Positions 16,493 to 25,582 of a DNA stretch of 32,000 nt are shown piece after piece (position 1 is the first letter of the stretch; each line of letters begins with the position of its first letter). The notes under the pieces were generated by a model. That model was not told where the DNA came from and did not search any database. It saw nothing but the letters and a program-made list of their open reading frames with translations. The stretch is from an uncultured Gammaproteobacteria bacterium (GTDB taxonomy: Bacteria; Pseudomonadota; Gammaproteobacteria; UBA9214), in contig CAVYZN010000023.1 in assembly GCA_963773065.1 (NCBI GenBank), positions 93,041-125,040 of the forward strand, in the 5' to 3' direction. The position numbers and the translations under genes are program-made.

Positions 16493-16652
16493 CAACCTGC
16501 TATTTTGACGGAGCCGCGGAATGCGCACCCGGCGCGCAAGAGTACAATCATCGCGGGGATACCCATGAACACCTACGAACCACACCCAATCGACACCTCC
16601 GGCATCCGGCTACCCGAGGATCTCCTGGAACTCACCGAAGAACTTGCCCGCA
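16493..16652. repeat. Direct repeat copy A (about 160 bp): RyR-gene leader plus the first ~29 codons.
   Basis: Aligns by eye with 18000..18160 (one 1-nt indel, scattered substitutions): caacctgYtattttga..gagccgcggaatgcRcacccggc..ggggatacccatgaacacctacgaacc.cacccRatcgacacctccggc.tccggctacc. Confidence 0.85.
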
Positions 16653-16681
16653 ACCGTATACTCCCTCCGGGCGCCGCGTGA
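16565..16681 (+). pseudogene. Truncated RyR-domain gene copy. The 38-aa ORF has a stop that overlaps the start of the TIR gene.
   Basis: MNTYEPHPIDTSGIRLPEDLLELTEELARN matches the first 30 residues of the 18073..18360 product, then diverges and stops. TGA 16679..16681 overlaps ATG 16681..16683. Confidence 0.5.
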
Positions 16682-17937
16682 TGTCCGCTGAAACAGCCTC
16701 CACGAAGAACGACAGCCGGCACGTTTTCATCAGCTTCGCATCGGCGGATCTCGAACTGGCCAATCGGATCGTCGAAAGGCTGGAGCGCGGCGGGATCCGC
16801 TGCTGGATCGCGCACAGGGACATCGAACCCGCCGCGAGCTATCCAGCCGCCATCACGGCCGCCATGACTTCAAGCGCAGCCGTCCTGCTGCTCCTGACTG
16901 AATCGTCCAACAGTTCGCCTCATGTGCTGCGCGAAATCGAGATGGCGTTCAACGCCCGCACACCCATCCTGCCGGTGTGCATGGCGGGCCTCACGCCTTC
17001 GGCCGATTTGCAGTATTTCCTTTCGACGACGCAATGGTTCGATGCCGGCGCGACCTTCGACGAGGGTGACGCAAAACGGCTGCAGGACCGTCTGAAAGAA
17101 CTGCTCGCAGGCGGCACGGTTCACCGCGGCAGACGGGATATTCCAGGCCGATTCGGACGACGGGCCTTCATCGCGGGAGTGCTGGCGCTGTCGGCCGTGG
17201 CTGTTATCGTCTTATCCTTCGTCGTTCCATGGGGATTTCATCCGTCGCGGGAGTCCATCCAAACGAAAGTCAGCTCGCGGGACGGCCAGACGTACGTGTG
17301 GGTCCAAGCCGGTGATTACGTGATGGGATGCTCGTCAGGAGATCCTGCATGCGAAGAAGATGAGAAGCCTGCGCATAGGGTCCGCATCAAACAGGGCTTC
17401 TGGCTTGCCCGCACGGAGGTAACGGAGGCGCAGTACCGTAAGCATGCACCGGCAGGGAGCGGTGATCGCCAGGAGGCGGACGCCAATATGCCGGCAACAG
17501 AGATTACCTGGGCGGATGCGAATGTCTATTGCACGGCGATCGGTGGCCGGCTGCCAACGGAAGCCGAGTGGGAATACGCGGCACGCGCGGGCACCACGAC
17601 CCGCTACTACGGCGCGCTCGGGTCTATCGCGTGGTACGAGGACAACAGTAACCAACGCGCGCATCCTGTGGGGCAGAAGCAGCCCAATGCGTTCGGCCTC
17701 TACGACATGCTGGGCAACGTGGCGGAGTGGGTTCGAGACCGCTATTACAACTCGTACGACGATAGCGGCGATGAAGTCGCGATCGAGGAGCCGCTGGCAC
17801 CGAACGCCTCGGCTATCGCGCGCGGCGGTTCATGGTTCTCGGATGCGCGCGGTGTCCGAGTATCGCGGCGGCTCGATATGATCCCGGAGGCGGCAGAGGC
17901 GATAATCGGCTTTCGTTGCGCATACGACAAGCTATGA
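16681..17937 (+). CDS. TIR domain + single transmembrane helix + FGE-sulfatase-fold domain protein.
   Basis: ORF track, 419 aa (GTG 16678 / ATG 16681). TIR_2-like: HVFISFASADLELA..I...LE..GIRCWIAHRDI, AVLLLLTESSNSSPHVLREIEMA (Glu 16933..16935). TM helix AFIAGVLALSAVAVIVLSFVVPW (17164..17232), preceded by the Arg-rich HRGRRDIPGRFGRR. FGE fold: HRVRIKQGFWLARTEVTEAQY, LPTEAEWEYAARAG, LGNVAEWV, ARGGSW, IIGFRCA. Confidence 0.85.
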   Translation: MSAETASTKNDSRHVFISFASADLELANRIVERLERGGIRCWIAHRDIEPAASYPAAITAAMTSSAAVLLLLTESSNSSPHVLREIEMAFNARTPILPVCMAGLTPSADLQYFLSTTQWFDAGATFDEGDAKRLQDRLKELLAGGTVHRGRRDIPGRFGRRAFIAGVLALSAVAVIVLSFVVPWGFHPSRESIQTKVSSRDGQTYVWVQAGDYVMGCSSGDPACEEDEKPAHRVRIKQGFWLARTEVTEAQYRKHAPAGSGDRQEADANMPATEITWADANVYCTAIGGRLPTEAEWEYAARAGTTTRYYGALGSIAWYEDNSNQRAHPVGQKQPNAFGLYDMLGNVAEWVRDRYYNSYDDSGDEVAIEEPLAPNASAIARGGSWFSDARGVRVSRRLDMIPEAAEAIIGFRCAYDKL

Positions 17938-17999
17938 CCGGGCCAGGCTCAGTGAGAGTGGTGGGCGATGCTCACCCTACGTGCTACCCCCTGCTCCCG

Positions 18000-18160
18000 C
18001 AACCTGTTATTTTGAGCGAGCCGCGGAATGCACACCCGGCGGCGCAAGGGCACAACCATGGCGGGGATACCCATGAACACCTACGAACCTCACCCGATCG
18101 ACACCTCCGGCGTCCGGCTACCGGAGGGCCTCATGGAACTCACCGAAGAACTCGCGCGCA
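18000..18160. repeat. Direct repeat copy B (about 161 bp): leader and 5' end of the intact RyR-domain gene.
   Basis: See copy A (16493..16652). Confidence 0.85.
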
Positions 18161-18360
18161 GCACGCACGATCACTGGGCGAGACAGCGCATCGGGGAGGG
18201 ATGGAGCTGGGGTCCCGCGCGCGATGACGCCGCCAAACGGCACCCCGACCTCGTGCCCTATGCCGAGCTTTCGGAAGCGGAGAAGCAGTACGACCGCACG
18301 ACCGCCATGGAAACGCTGAAGGCGATCATCGCCCTGGGATACCGGATCGAGCGCGATTAG
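18073..18360 (+). CDS. Small RyR (ryanodine-receptor repeat) domain protein, about 95 aa.
   Basis: LPEGLMELTEELARSTHDHWARQRIGEGWSWGPARDDAAKRHPDLVPYAELSEAEKQYDRTTAMETLKAIIALGYRI matches the bacterial RyR-domain pattern (..lAe..Hd.Wa..r...GW.yG...d...k.hP.lvpy.eLse.eK..dr......l......Gy.i). ATG 18073 is favoured by conservation with the truncated copy. ORF-track starts at 18028 or 18058 are possible. Confidence 0.8.
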   Translation: MNTYEPHPIDTSGVRLPEGLMELTEELARSTHDHWARQRIGEGWSWGPARDDAAKRHPDLVPYAELSEAEKQYDRTTAMETLKAIIALGYRIERD

Positions 18361-18414
18361 CGCCGCAAAGGGCTGCGCCCCACGGACTCCCGAAACGGGG
18401 GAAAGCACAACGGG

Positions 18415-19635
18415 TCAATCCTCGATGTCCCTGGCAAGACGAAAACCAATGTAGCTGTACCCGGCACCGGGGGAGTCCCTGAGCCGGGACGCGGAACGCA
18501 GGCCCACCGCCAGGAGGTACCAGGAACCACCGCGCACCACGCGCTGGCCGCAATCTCCGCCGCCGCCCTCCAACCAGGCGGAACCGTCATCGGGCGCGCC
18601 ATCGTAGTTATCATGCACGCAGTCCTGCACCCACTCCCACACATTGCCCGCCGTGTCGTAAAGACCAAACGCGTTCGCCTCGAATGACCCTACCGGCGCC
18701 GTGTACTTCCCTTCGGCCTTGCCCTGCCACTCACTCTCACAATCCTCGCAGTTGGCCATCCCCGGCTTCATCTCCTCACCCCACCAGTACCGCGTCGAAG
18801 TCCCCGCCCGCGCGGCATACTCCCACTCGGCTTCGGTCGGGAGCCGATACGGCTTACCCGTCTGTTGCGACAGCCATTCGGCATAGGCTACCGCATCAAC
18901 CCAGGAGACATTGATCACCGGCCGACGGTCACGACCCCAGCCACCATCGGCCGGCAGCGCATGCCCCGTTGAGGCCGCAAACTGGTCGTATTCCTCGAAG
19001 GTCACTTCGTATCGCCCAATCGCAAACGGCCTGGTGAAAGTAACCCGGTGCTGGGGACGCTCATCCGGATCCCGGCCATATTCATCGCCTGGCGAACCCA
19101 TCATGAAAGAACCCGGCGGAATTTCCACCATCTCGGGACCCTTCGAACCATCAAGCAATGTGTCGCGAATCACAGCCGGCAATGACACGTTGGCTACGTT
19201 TACGTTTTCGCTTGGTTCTTTGCTGATTTCAGTCGGCCGATGGGGTTGACCGACAATCTCGGCGATATCCTTCCTCAGGTTCCGATAAGAATCCTGGTTA
19301 ACGGTGCCATCCCAATCGAACAATTCAAGCGTTTGCAACTCTTCGAACCGAAAGGGAAGATCGACCGCCTCAATCTTGACCGGAACCAGTTTATTGTGAT
19401 TCAGAGCGTAATACGCCTCGTCCTTCACATAAGTCGACTGGACCGAACGTTGCGACCACAGGACGATGACGCAGCGGGATGCCTTCATTGCCTGCTCGAT
19501 CACATCATCGAAGTGTTCGCCCGCGTGGAGCTTCGGGTCCCACCAGACACTCCAGCCCTCGCGTTCCAGCGCATCCGCCAGGCATCTGGCGACGTGCTGT
19601 TCCTCCCGTTTGTAGCTGATAAAAATATCCGTCAT
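18415..19635 (-). CDS. TIR domain + FGE-sulfatase-fold domain protein (soluble, no TM helix).
   Basis: ORF track, 406 aa. TIR_2-like: DIFISYKREEQHVARCLADALEREGWSVWWD, CVIVLWSQRSVQSTYVKDEAYYA (Glu 19417..19419). FGE fold: HRVTFTRPFAIGRYEVTFEEY, INVSWVDAVAYAEWL, YRLPTEAEWEYAARAG, AGNVWEWVQD, VVRGGSW, YIGFRLA. Confidence 0.85.
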   Translation of the reverse strand: MTDIFISYKREEQHVARCLADALEREGWSVWWDPKLHAGEHFDDVIEQAMKASRCVIVLWSQRSVQSTYVKDEAYYALNHNKLVPVKIEAVDLPFRFEELQTLELFDWDGTVNQDSYRNLRKDIAEIVGQPHRPTEISKEPSENVNVANVSLPAVIRDTLLDGSKGPEMVEIPPGSFMMGSPGDEYGRDPDERPQHRVTFTRPFAIGRYEVTFEEYDQFAASTGHALPADGGWGRDRRPVINVSWVDAVAYAEWLSQQTGKPYRLPTEAEWEYAARAGTSTRYWWGEEMKPGMANCEDCESEWQGKAEGKYTAPVGSFEANAFGLYDTAGNVWEWVQDCVHDNYDGAPDDGSAWLEGGGGDCGQRVVRGGSWYLLAVGLRSASRLRDSPGAGYSYIGFRLARDIED

Positions 19636-19669
19636 GCTCGCGACTTGTTCCAGGTTTCGTATGCCGGTG

Positions 19670-19712
19670 AAAAACGAGACGGGGCGTTCGGCCTGCGCCT
19701 ACCCGCCCCGTC
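19670..19712 (-). terminator. Probable rho-independent terminator downstream of glmM.
   Basis: On the minus strand: a 9-bp perfect stem (plus-strand gacggggcg 19678..19686 / cgccccgtc 19704..19712) with a 17-nt GC-rich loop, followed by TCGTTTTTC (plus-strand A-run 19670..19674). Confidence 0.6.
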
Positions 19713-19772
19713 CCGCGCCGTCCGTGACAGGTCTATTAGGCGGCCCCATCCGTGCGGTCGGCAATGGCGGCT

Positions 19773-21107
19773 TCAGACGGCCGCGGCCACGGCCGTGGCC
19801 AGATGACCGGCCTCTTCGCGCACCGTCTGTTCGTCCTCGCCTTCGACCATGACCCGCACCACGGGTTCGGTCCCGGACGCGCGCAACAGGACACGGCCCC
19901 TGCCGCTGAGCCGCCGCTCCGCCGACCGGACCGCCTCCTGCACGCCCGGCGCGGCCTCCAAGTTCATGCTCTTACCGACCGGTACGTTGATCATGTACTG
20001 CGGATATTTCTTCATGCCGGCCTTCAACTCGTGCAGCGGCTTGCCGCCCATGATCATGGTGGCGAGCACCTGCAGCGCGGCGACGATGCCGTCGCCGGTG
20101 GTGGTGCGGTCCAGGCAGATGATGTGGCCGGAGGATTCCCCGCCCAGCATGCCGCCGGTCTGCTGCAGCCGCTCCAGCACGTAGCGGTCGCCGACCCGGG
20201 CGCGCTCGAAGGCGATGCCGTGCGCCTGCAGGGCATGCTCCAGTCCGAGGTTGCTCATCAGGGTGCCGACGACGCTGCCGTTCAGCTTGCCCTGCTCCCG
20301 GCGCGAGCGCGCGATGATGAACAACAGCTCATCGCCGTCCACCAGTTCGCCGCGGCTGTCGACCATGATGACGCGGTCGCCGTCGCCATCGAGGGCAACC
20401 CCGGCATCGGCGGCGTGTTCCCGCACCGTTTTCTGCAACTGCTCGGGCTGGGTGGAACCGCAGTCGAGGTTGATGTTGAGGCCGTCGGGATGCGTGCCGA
20501 CCTTGATCACCTCCGCGCCCAGTTCGTCGAAGATGCTGGGCGCGACGCCGTAGGTGGCGCCGTTCGCGCAGTCGACGACGATCTTCAGGCCCCGCAGCGA
20601 CAGGCTCATCGGCACCGTGCTCTTGCAGAACTCGATATAGCGCCCGGGGGCATCGGGCACGCGTTCCGCCTTGCCGAGCCGGGCGGAGTCCACGGTGACC
20701 ATGGGCTTCTCCAGCTCGTCCTCGATGGCGAGTTCGATCTCGTCCGGCAGCTTGGTGCCCTGGCGCGAGAAGAACTTGATGCCGTTGTCGAAGTAGGGAT
20801 TGTGCGAGGCGCTGATGACGATCCCGGCGCAGGCATGCAGGGTGCGCGTGAGATAGGCGATGCCGGGGGTGGGCATGGGACCCAGCAGGCGGATGTCGAT
20901 ACCGGCGGCGGAAAGACCCGCCTCCAGCGCCGATTCGAACATGTAGCCGGAAATGCGCGTGTCCTTGCCGATGATGACCAGGTCGCCGCCGGCAAGCCCC
21001 AGCACGCGGCCGGTTGCCCAGCCCAGTTTCAGCATGAACTCGGCCGTTACCGGGTATTCCCCCACCCGACCGCGGATGCCGTCGGTACCGAAATATTTTT
21101 TCGCCAT
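19773..21107 (-). CDS. glmM: Phosphoglucosamine mutase.
   Basis: 444 aa. [13 protein letters not shown]..., the active-site serine loop [21 protein letters not shown], and GGESSGH. Confidence 0.95.
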   Translation of the reverse strand: MAKKYFGTDGIRGRVGEYPVTAEFMLKLGWATGRVLGLAGGDLVIIGKDTRISGYMFESALEAGLSAAGIDIRLLGPMPTPGIAYLTRTLHACAGIVISASHNPYFDNGIKFFSRQGTKLPDEIELAIEDELEKPMVTVDSARLGKAERVPDAPGRYIEFCKSTVPMSLSLRGLKIVVDCANGATYGVAPSIFDELGAEVIKVGTHPDGLNINLDCGSTQPEQLQKTVREHAADAGVALDGDGDRVIMVDSRGELVDGDELLFIIARSRREQGKLNGSVVGTLMSNLGLEHALQAHGIAFERARVGDRYVLERLQQTGGMLGGESSGHIICLDRTTTGDGIVAALQVLATMIMGGKPLHELKAGMKKYPQYMINVPVGKSMNLEAAPGVQEAVRSAERRLSGRGRVLLRASGTEPVVRVMVEGEDEQTVREEAGHLATAVAAAV

Positions 21108-21148
21108 GCTGGCTCCTCAATGATGCCGCATCAGTCCAGATCGGAATT

Positions 21149-21234
21149 ATTCACCGCAAAGACGCAAAGTTCGCGAAGACTTATTAACAAAAATCATTAA
21201 ACAGCTTTGCGTTCTTTGCGTCTTTGCGGTGAAT
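21149..21234. repeat. REP-like palindrome: 21-bp perfect inverted repeat attcaccgcaaagacgcaaag (21149..21169) / ctttgcgtctttgcggtgaat (21214..21234).
   Basis: The arms are exact reverse complements separated by an AT-rich 44-nt loop, in the folP-glmM intergenic region. Confidence 0.8.
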
Positions 21235-21344
21235 TTATTTCTTTATGGATGGACATTGATTCACCGCATTTTCGCTCTCTCCATCCTGTCCTGTATTACC
21301 GCTCAACACCGAAGTTGTTTTCAAGTGATTATTGGTTTTGCGGT

Positions 21345-21363
21345 CTTGGCGTCTTTGCGGTGA
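21345..21363. repeat. Third, partial copy of the REP-like unit (cttggcgtctttgcggtga).
   Basis: One mismatch relative to 21214..21232. A further partial gattcaccgca occurs at about 21258. Confidence 0.7.
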
Positions 21364-21369
21364 GGCTCA

Positions 21370-22224
21370 TTAGCCGGCATCCCTGACCGCCTGACACAGC
21401 CGGATCGCCTCGCGAGTCTCGCGGACATCGTGGCAGCGCACGATCGCGGCGCCCTGCCAGACCGCCAGCACCGCCAGGGCAACGCTGGGAGTTAACCGCT
21501 GATCGACGGGAAGGCCCAGCACCTGGCCGATCAGCGACTTGCGTGACAGACCGACCAGCACGGGGTAGCCGTGCGCGACCAGGCGGTCGAGATGGCGCAG
21601 CAGCCGCAGGTTGTGCTCAACCGTCTTGCCGAATCCGAAGCCCGGGTCCAGCAGTATCCGGTGGCGCGGCACCCCGGCCGTGACACAGGCGCGCACGCGC
21701 TCCAGCAGAAAGCCGGCGACTTCGGCAACCACGTCCGCGTAGCGCGGCGCCTCCTGCATGGTTTGCGGCTCGCCCCGCATGTGCATCAGGCATACCGGCA
21801 CGCCCAGATCCGCCGCCGCCGCGGCGGCGCCTTCCGCCCGCAGGGCATTGACGTCATTGATCAGGCCGGCGCCCGCCGCCACCGCGGCGCGCATCACCTC
21901 CGGTTTCCGGGTATCGACCGATATGGGCACCGGCAGGGATCGATGCAGGGATTCGATGACCGGCAGGACGCGCCGCAGTTCCTCATCCAGCGGGACCGGC
22001 GGGGCCCCCGGACGGGTGGACTCGCCGCCGACATCGATGATCGCCGCGCCCTCATCGACCATGCGATGCGCCCGCTCGACGGCCCTCGCGGTGGATAAGA
22101 AATCACCCCCGTCCGAAAAGGAATCGGGGGTGACATTCAGGATGCCCATGATCTGCGGATGCGAGAGGTCCACCGGCTTGCCCGCGCAGTCGAGCCAAAT
22201 GGGGTCAGCGCCATCTCCCGCCAA
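21370..22224 (-). CDS. folP: Dihydropteroate synthase.
   Basis: 284 aa. SHPQIMGILNVTPDSFSDGG, IIDVGGESTRPG and GFGFGKT motifs. The start codon as read is TTG at 22224; the exact start is uncertain. Confidence 0.9.
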   Translation of the reverse strand: MAGDGADPIWLDCAGKPVDLSHPQIMGILNVTPDSFSDGGDFLSTARAVERAHRMVDEGAAIIDVGGESTRPGAPPVPLDEELRRVLPVIESLHRSLPVPISVDTRKPEVMRAAVAAGAGLINDVNALRAEGAAAAAADLGVPVCLMHMRGEPQTMQEAPRYADVVAEVAGFLLERVRACVTAGVPRHRILLDPGFGFGKTVEHNLRLLRHLDRLVAHGYPVLVGLSRKSLIGQVLGLPVDQRLTPSVALAVLAVWQGAAIVRCHDVRETREAIRLCQAVRDAG

Positions 22225-22242
22225 GGGTATTCACCACCCGGT

Positions 22243-24180
<1,938 letters not shown>

Positions 24181-24263
24181 ACCGGATACCTCATCTTGTC
24201 AGTGGAGCGACTGCCTGCGTATTTCCACAATCAATGGACGGGTTAAAAAGTGCATCAACTACA

Positions 24264-24896
24264 TTATGACACATTAGCCGGATTGCGGTGCTTTGCCAAC
24301 ACATACACCTCGCGGCTTTTGGGGCGCGAAGCCCTGGGCTTGCGTATCCTGACCGCATGGTAATGCGCGCGCAACGTCTTGACCAGTTCGTCAAACCCCT
24401 CGCCCTGGAAGGCCTTGAACAACAACACCCCGCTATCGCGCAGGACCCGGTCGGCAAAATCCGCCGCCAGTTCCGCCAGGTAGATGCTGCCCGGCTGGTC
24501 CACCGCATCCATACCCGTGATATTGGGGGCCATGTCGGACATTACAAGGTCGACCCCGCCACCGGTGAGCATCCCCAGCAGCCGTTCCAGCACCGTGTCT
24601 TCGCGAAAATCCCCCTGCAGAAATTCCACTCCGGATAACGGTTCCATCGGCAGGATGTCCATGGCGATGATGCGGCCGGTGCCCTTGAGAAGCTGCGCGG
24701 CATACTGCGACCACCCGCCGGGCGATGCGCCCAGGTCGACGAGCGTCATGCCGGGCCTAAGAATACGGTCCTTGCGCTGGATTTCCTCGAGCTTGTACAC
24801 GGCGCGCGAGCGGTAACCCTCGCGTTGCGCGCGCTTGACGAACTCGTCATCGAAATGCGATTTGAGCCACTGGTGGCTGCTCTTGCTTCTGCCCAT
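24264..24896 (-). CDS. rlmE: 23S rRNA (uridine-2'-O)-methyltransferase RlmE (FtsJ).
   Basis: MGRSKSSHQWLKSHFDDEFVKRAQREGYRSRAVYKLEEI..., LGASPGGWSQY, VMSDMAPN. ATG at 24896. The ORF-track start at 25019 adds an implausible extension overlapping the upstream gene. Confidence 0.9.
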   Translation of the reverse strand: MGRSKSSHQWLKSHFDDEFVKRAQREGYRSRAVYKLEEIQRKDRILRPGMTLVDLGASPGGWSQYAAQLLKGTGRIIAMDILPMEPLSGVEFLQGDFREDTVLERLLGMLTGGGVDLVMSDMAPNITGMDAVDQPGSIYLAELAADFADRVLRDSGVLLFKAFQGEGFDELVKTLRAHYHAVRIRKPRASRPKSREVYVLAKHRNPANVS

Positions 24897-24912
24897 GTTC
24901 CTGAACCTGTTA

Positions 24913-25369
24913 TCAATCGATCCGGGCATCCCCATCCCTGCGCCCGACCGCCACCAGGAGCAGGCCAAGCACACAGTTGACGAGATACACCCCGCTCGCC
25001 AGGCCGTGCGCCTGGGCAAAACGGGCGCTTTCCGTCAGTCCCGCGGCACGCAGTTCCGCGATCCACGGGGCGAGGACGAATTCTCCGAGCAGGATCAGGG
25101 CCAGCATCGCCACGATCACGATCGCACGCCAGGCGCGGGAAGCGCCGCTGCCGGCGCAGGTACCCGTTGATCGCCAGCAGGCCGCAGCCGCAGGCAAGCC
25201 CCGCATAGCTCATCACGCCGAAGAGGGCCCCGGCCAGGGTACCCGCCAGCGCCCGGTCCTCCAGTTGCGAAAACAGGAGCGGCGCCACGACGAACCCGGC
25301 CGTCCACAGGCCGCCGACCCAGAAGGTCAGGAGCGTGCGTTCCACCGCCTGCAGGTAGGGATTGGTCAT
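24913..25369 (-). CDS. Small integral membrane protein, DUF4149/TMEM205-like. One frameshift within about 25125..25160.
   Basis: The N-terminal part comes from ORF 24746..25369 (MTNPYLQAVERTLLTFWVGGLWTAGFVVAPLLFSQLEDRALAGTLAGALFGVMSYAGLACG..). The C-terminal part comes from ORF 24913..25206 (..WRAIVIVAMLALILLGEFVLAPWIAELRAAGL...GVYLVNCVLGLLLVAV..). Both parts are hydrophobic helices. Confidence 0.6.
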
Positions 25370-25582
25370 GGATCAGAACTCCTGGAATTCGGTTCAGCGC
25401 GTCGTTACAAGCCGCGGCGCAACGCGTTTAACAGGTTTTGTGGCAAGAATAGCGTGGGACTTGCCGTAAATCCGTTCTAGGTACACTGCATCCATGCGTC
25501 GATGACCGCCTAGCCGTTCCGACATCCCTGGTAGTCGTGCAGCTCTGTAGCGGTGAGAACAGGTTTACAGGGACGGCCACTT

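Noticed and set aside
16493-16565. Sigma70 promoter guess (TACAAT at about 16544) inside repeat copy A.
   Set aside because: There is no acceptable -35 at 16-18 nt, and the hexamer is not conserved in copy B (gcacaacc), so it is not supportable from sequence alone.
18361-18414. Bidirectional terminator between the convergent RyR and TIR-FGE genes.
   Set aside because: Only short (4-5 bp) stems (for example cccg-aaa-cggg) are present, without a flanking T/A run. That is too weak to call.
13755-19635. Interpretation of the FGE-domain genes as a sulfatase-maturation or ergothioneine (EgtB) / pyoverdine (PvdO) metabolic cluster.
   Set aside because: There are no sulfatase, EgtD/EgtC or siderophore genes nearby, the FGE catalytic Cys pair is absent, and fusion to TIR and STAND modules points to signalling or immunity rather than metabolism.
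2826-19772. Integrase or transposase genes and att-type direct repeats flanking either insert (the tRNA-Leu-adjacent insert and the glmM-tpiA island).
   Set aside because: I looked for recombinase-like ORFs and for a duplicate of the tRNA 3' end or boundary repeats and found none by eye. No mobile-element call is made beyond the MITE-like palindrome.
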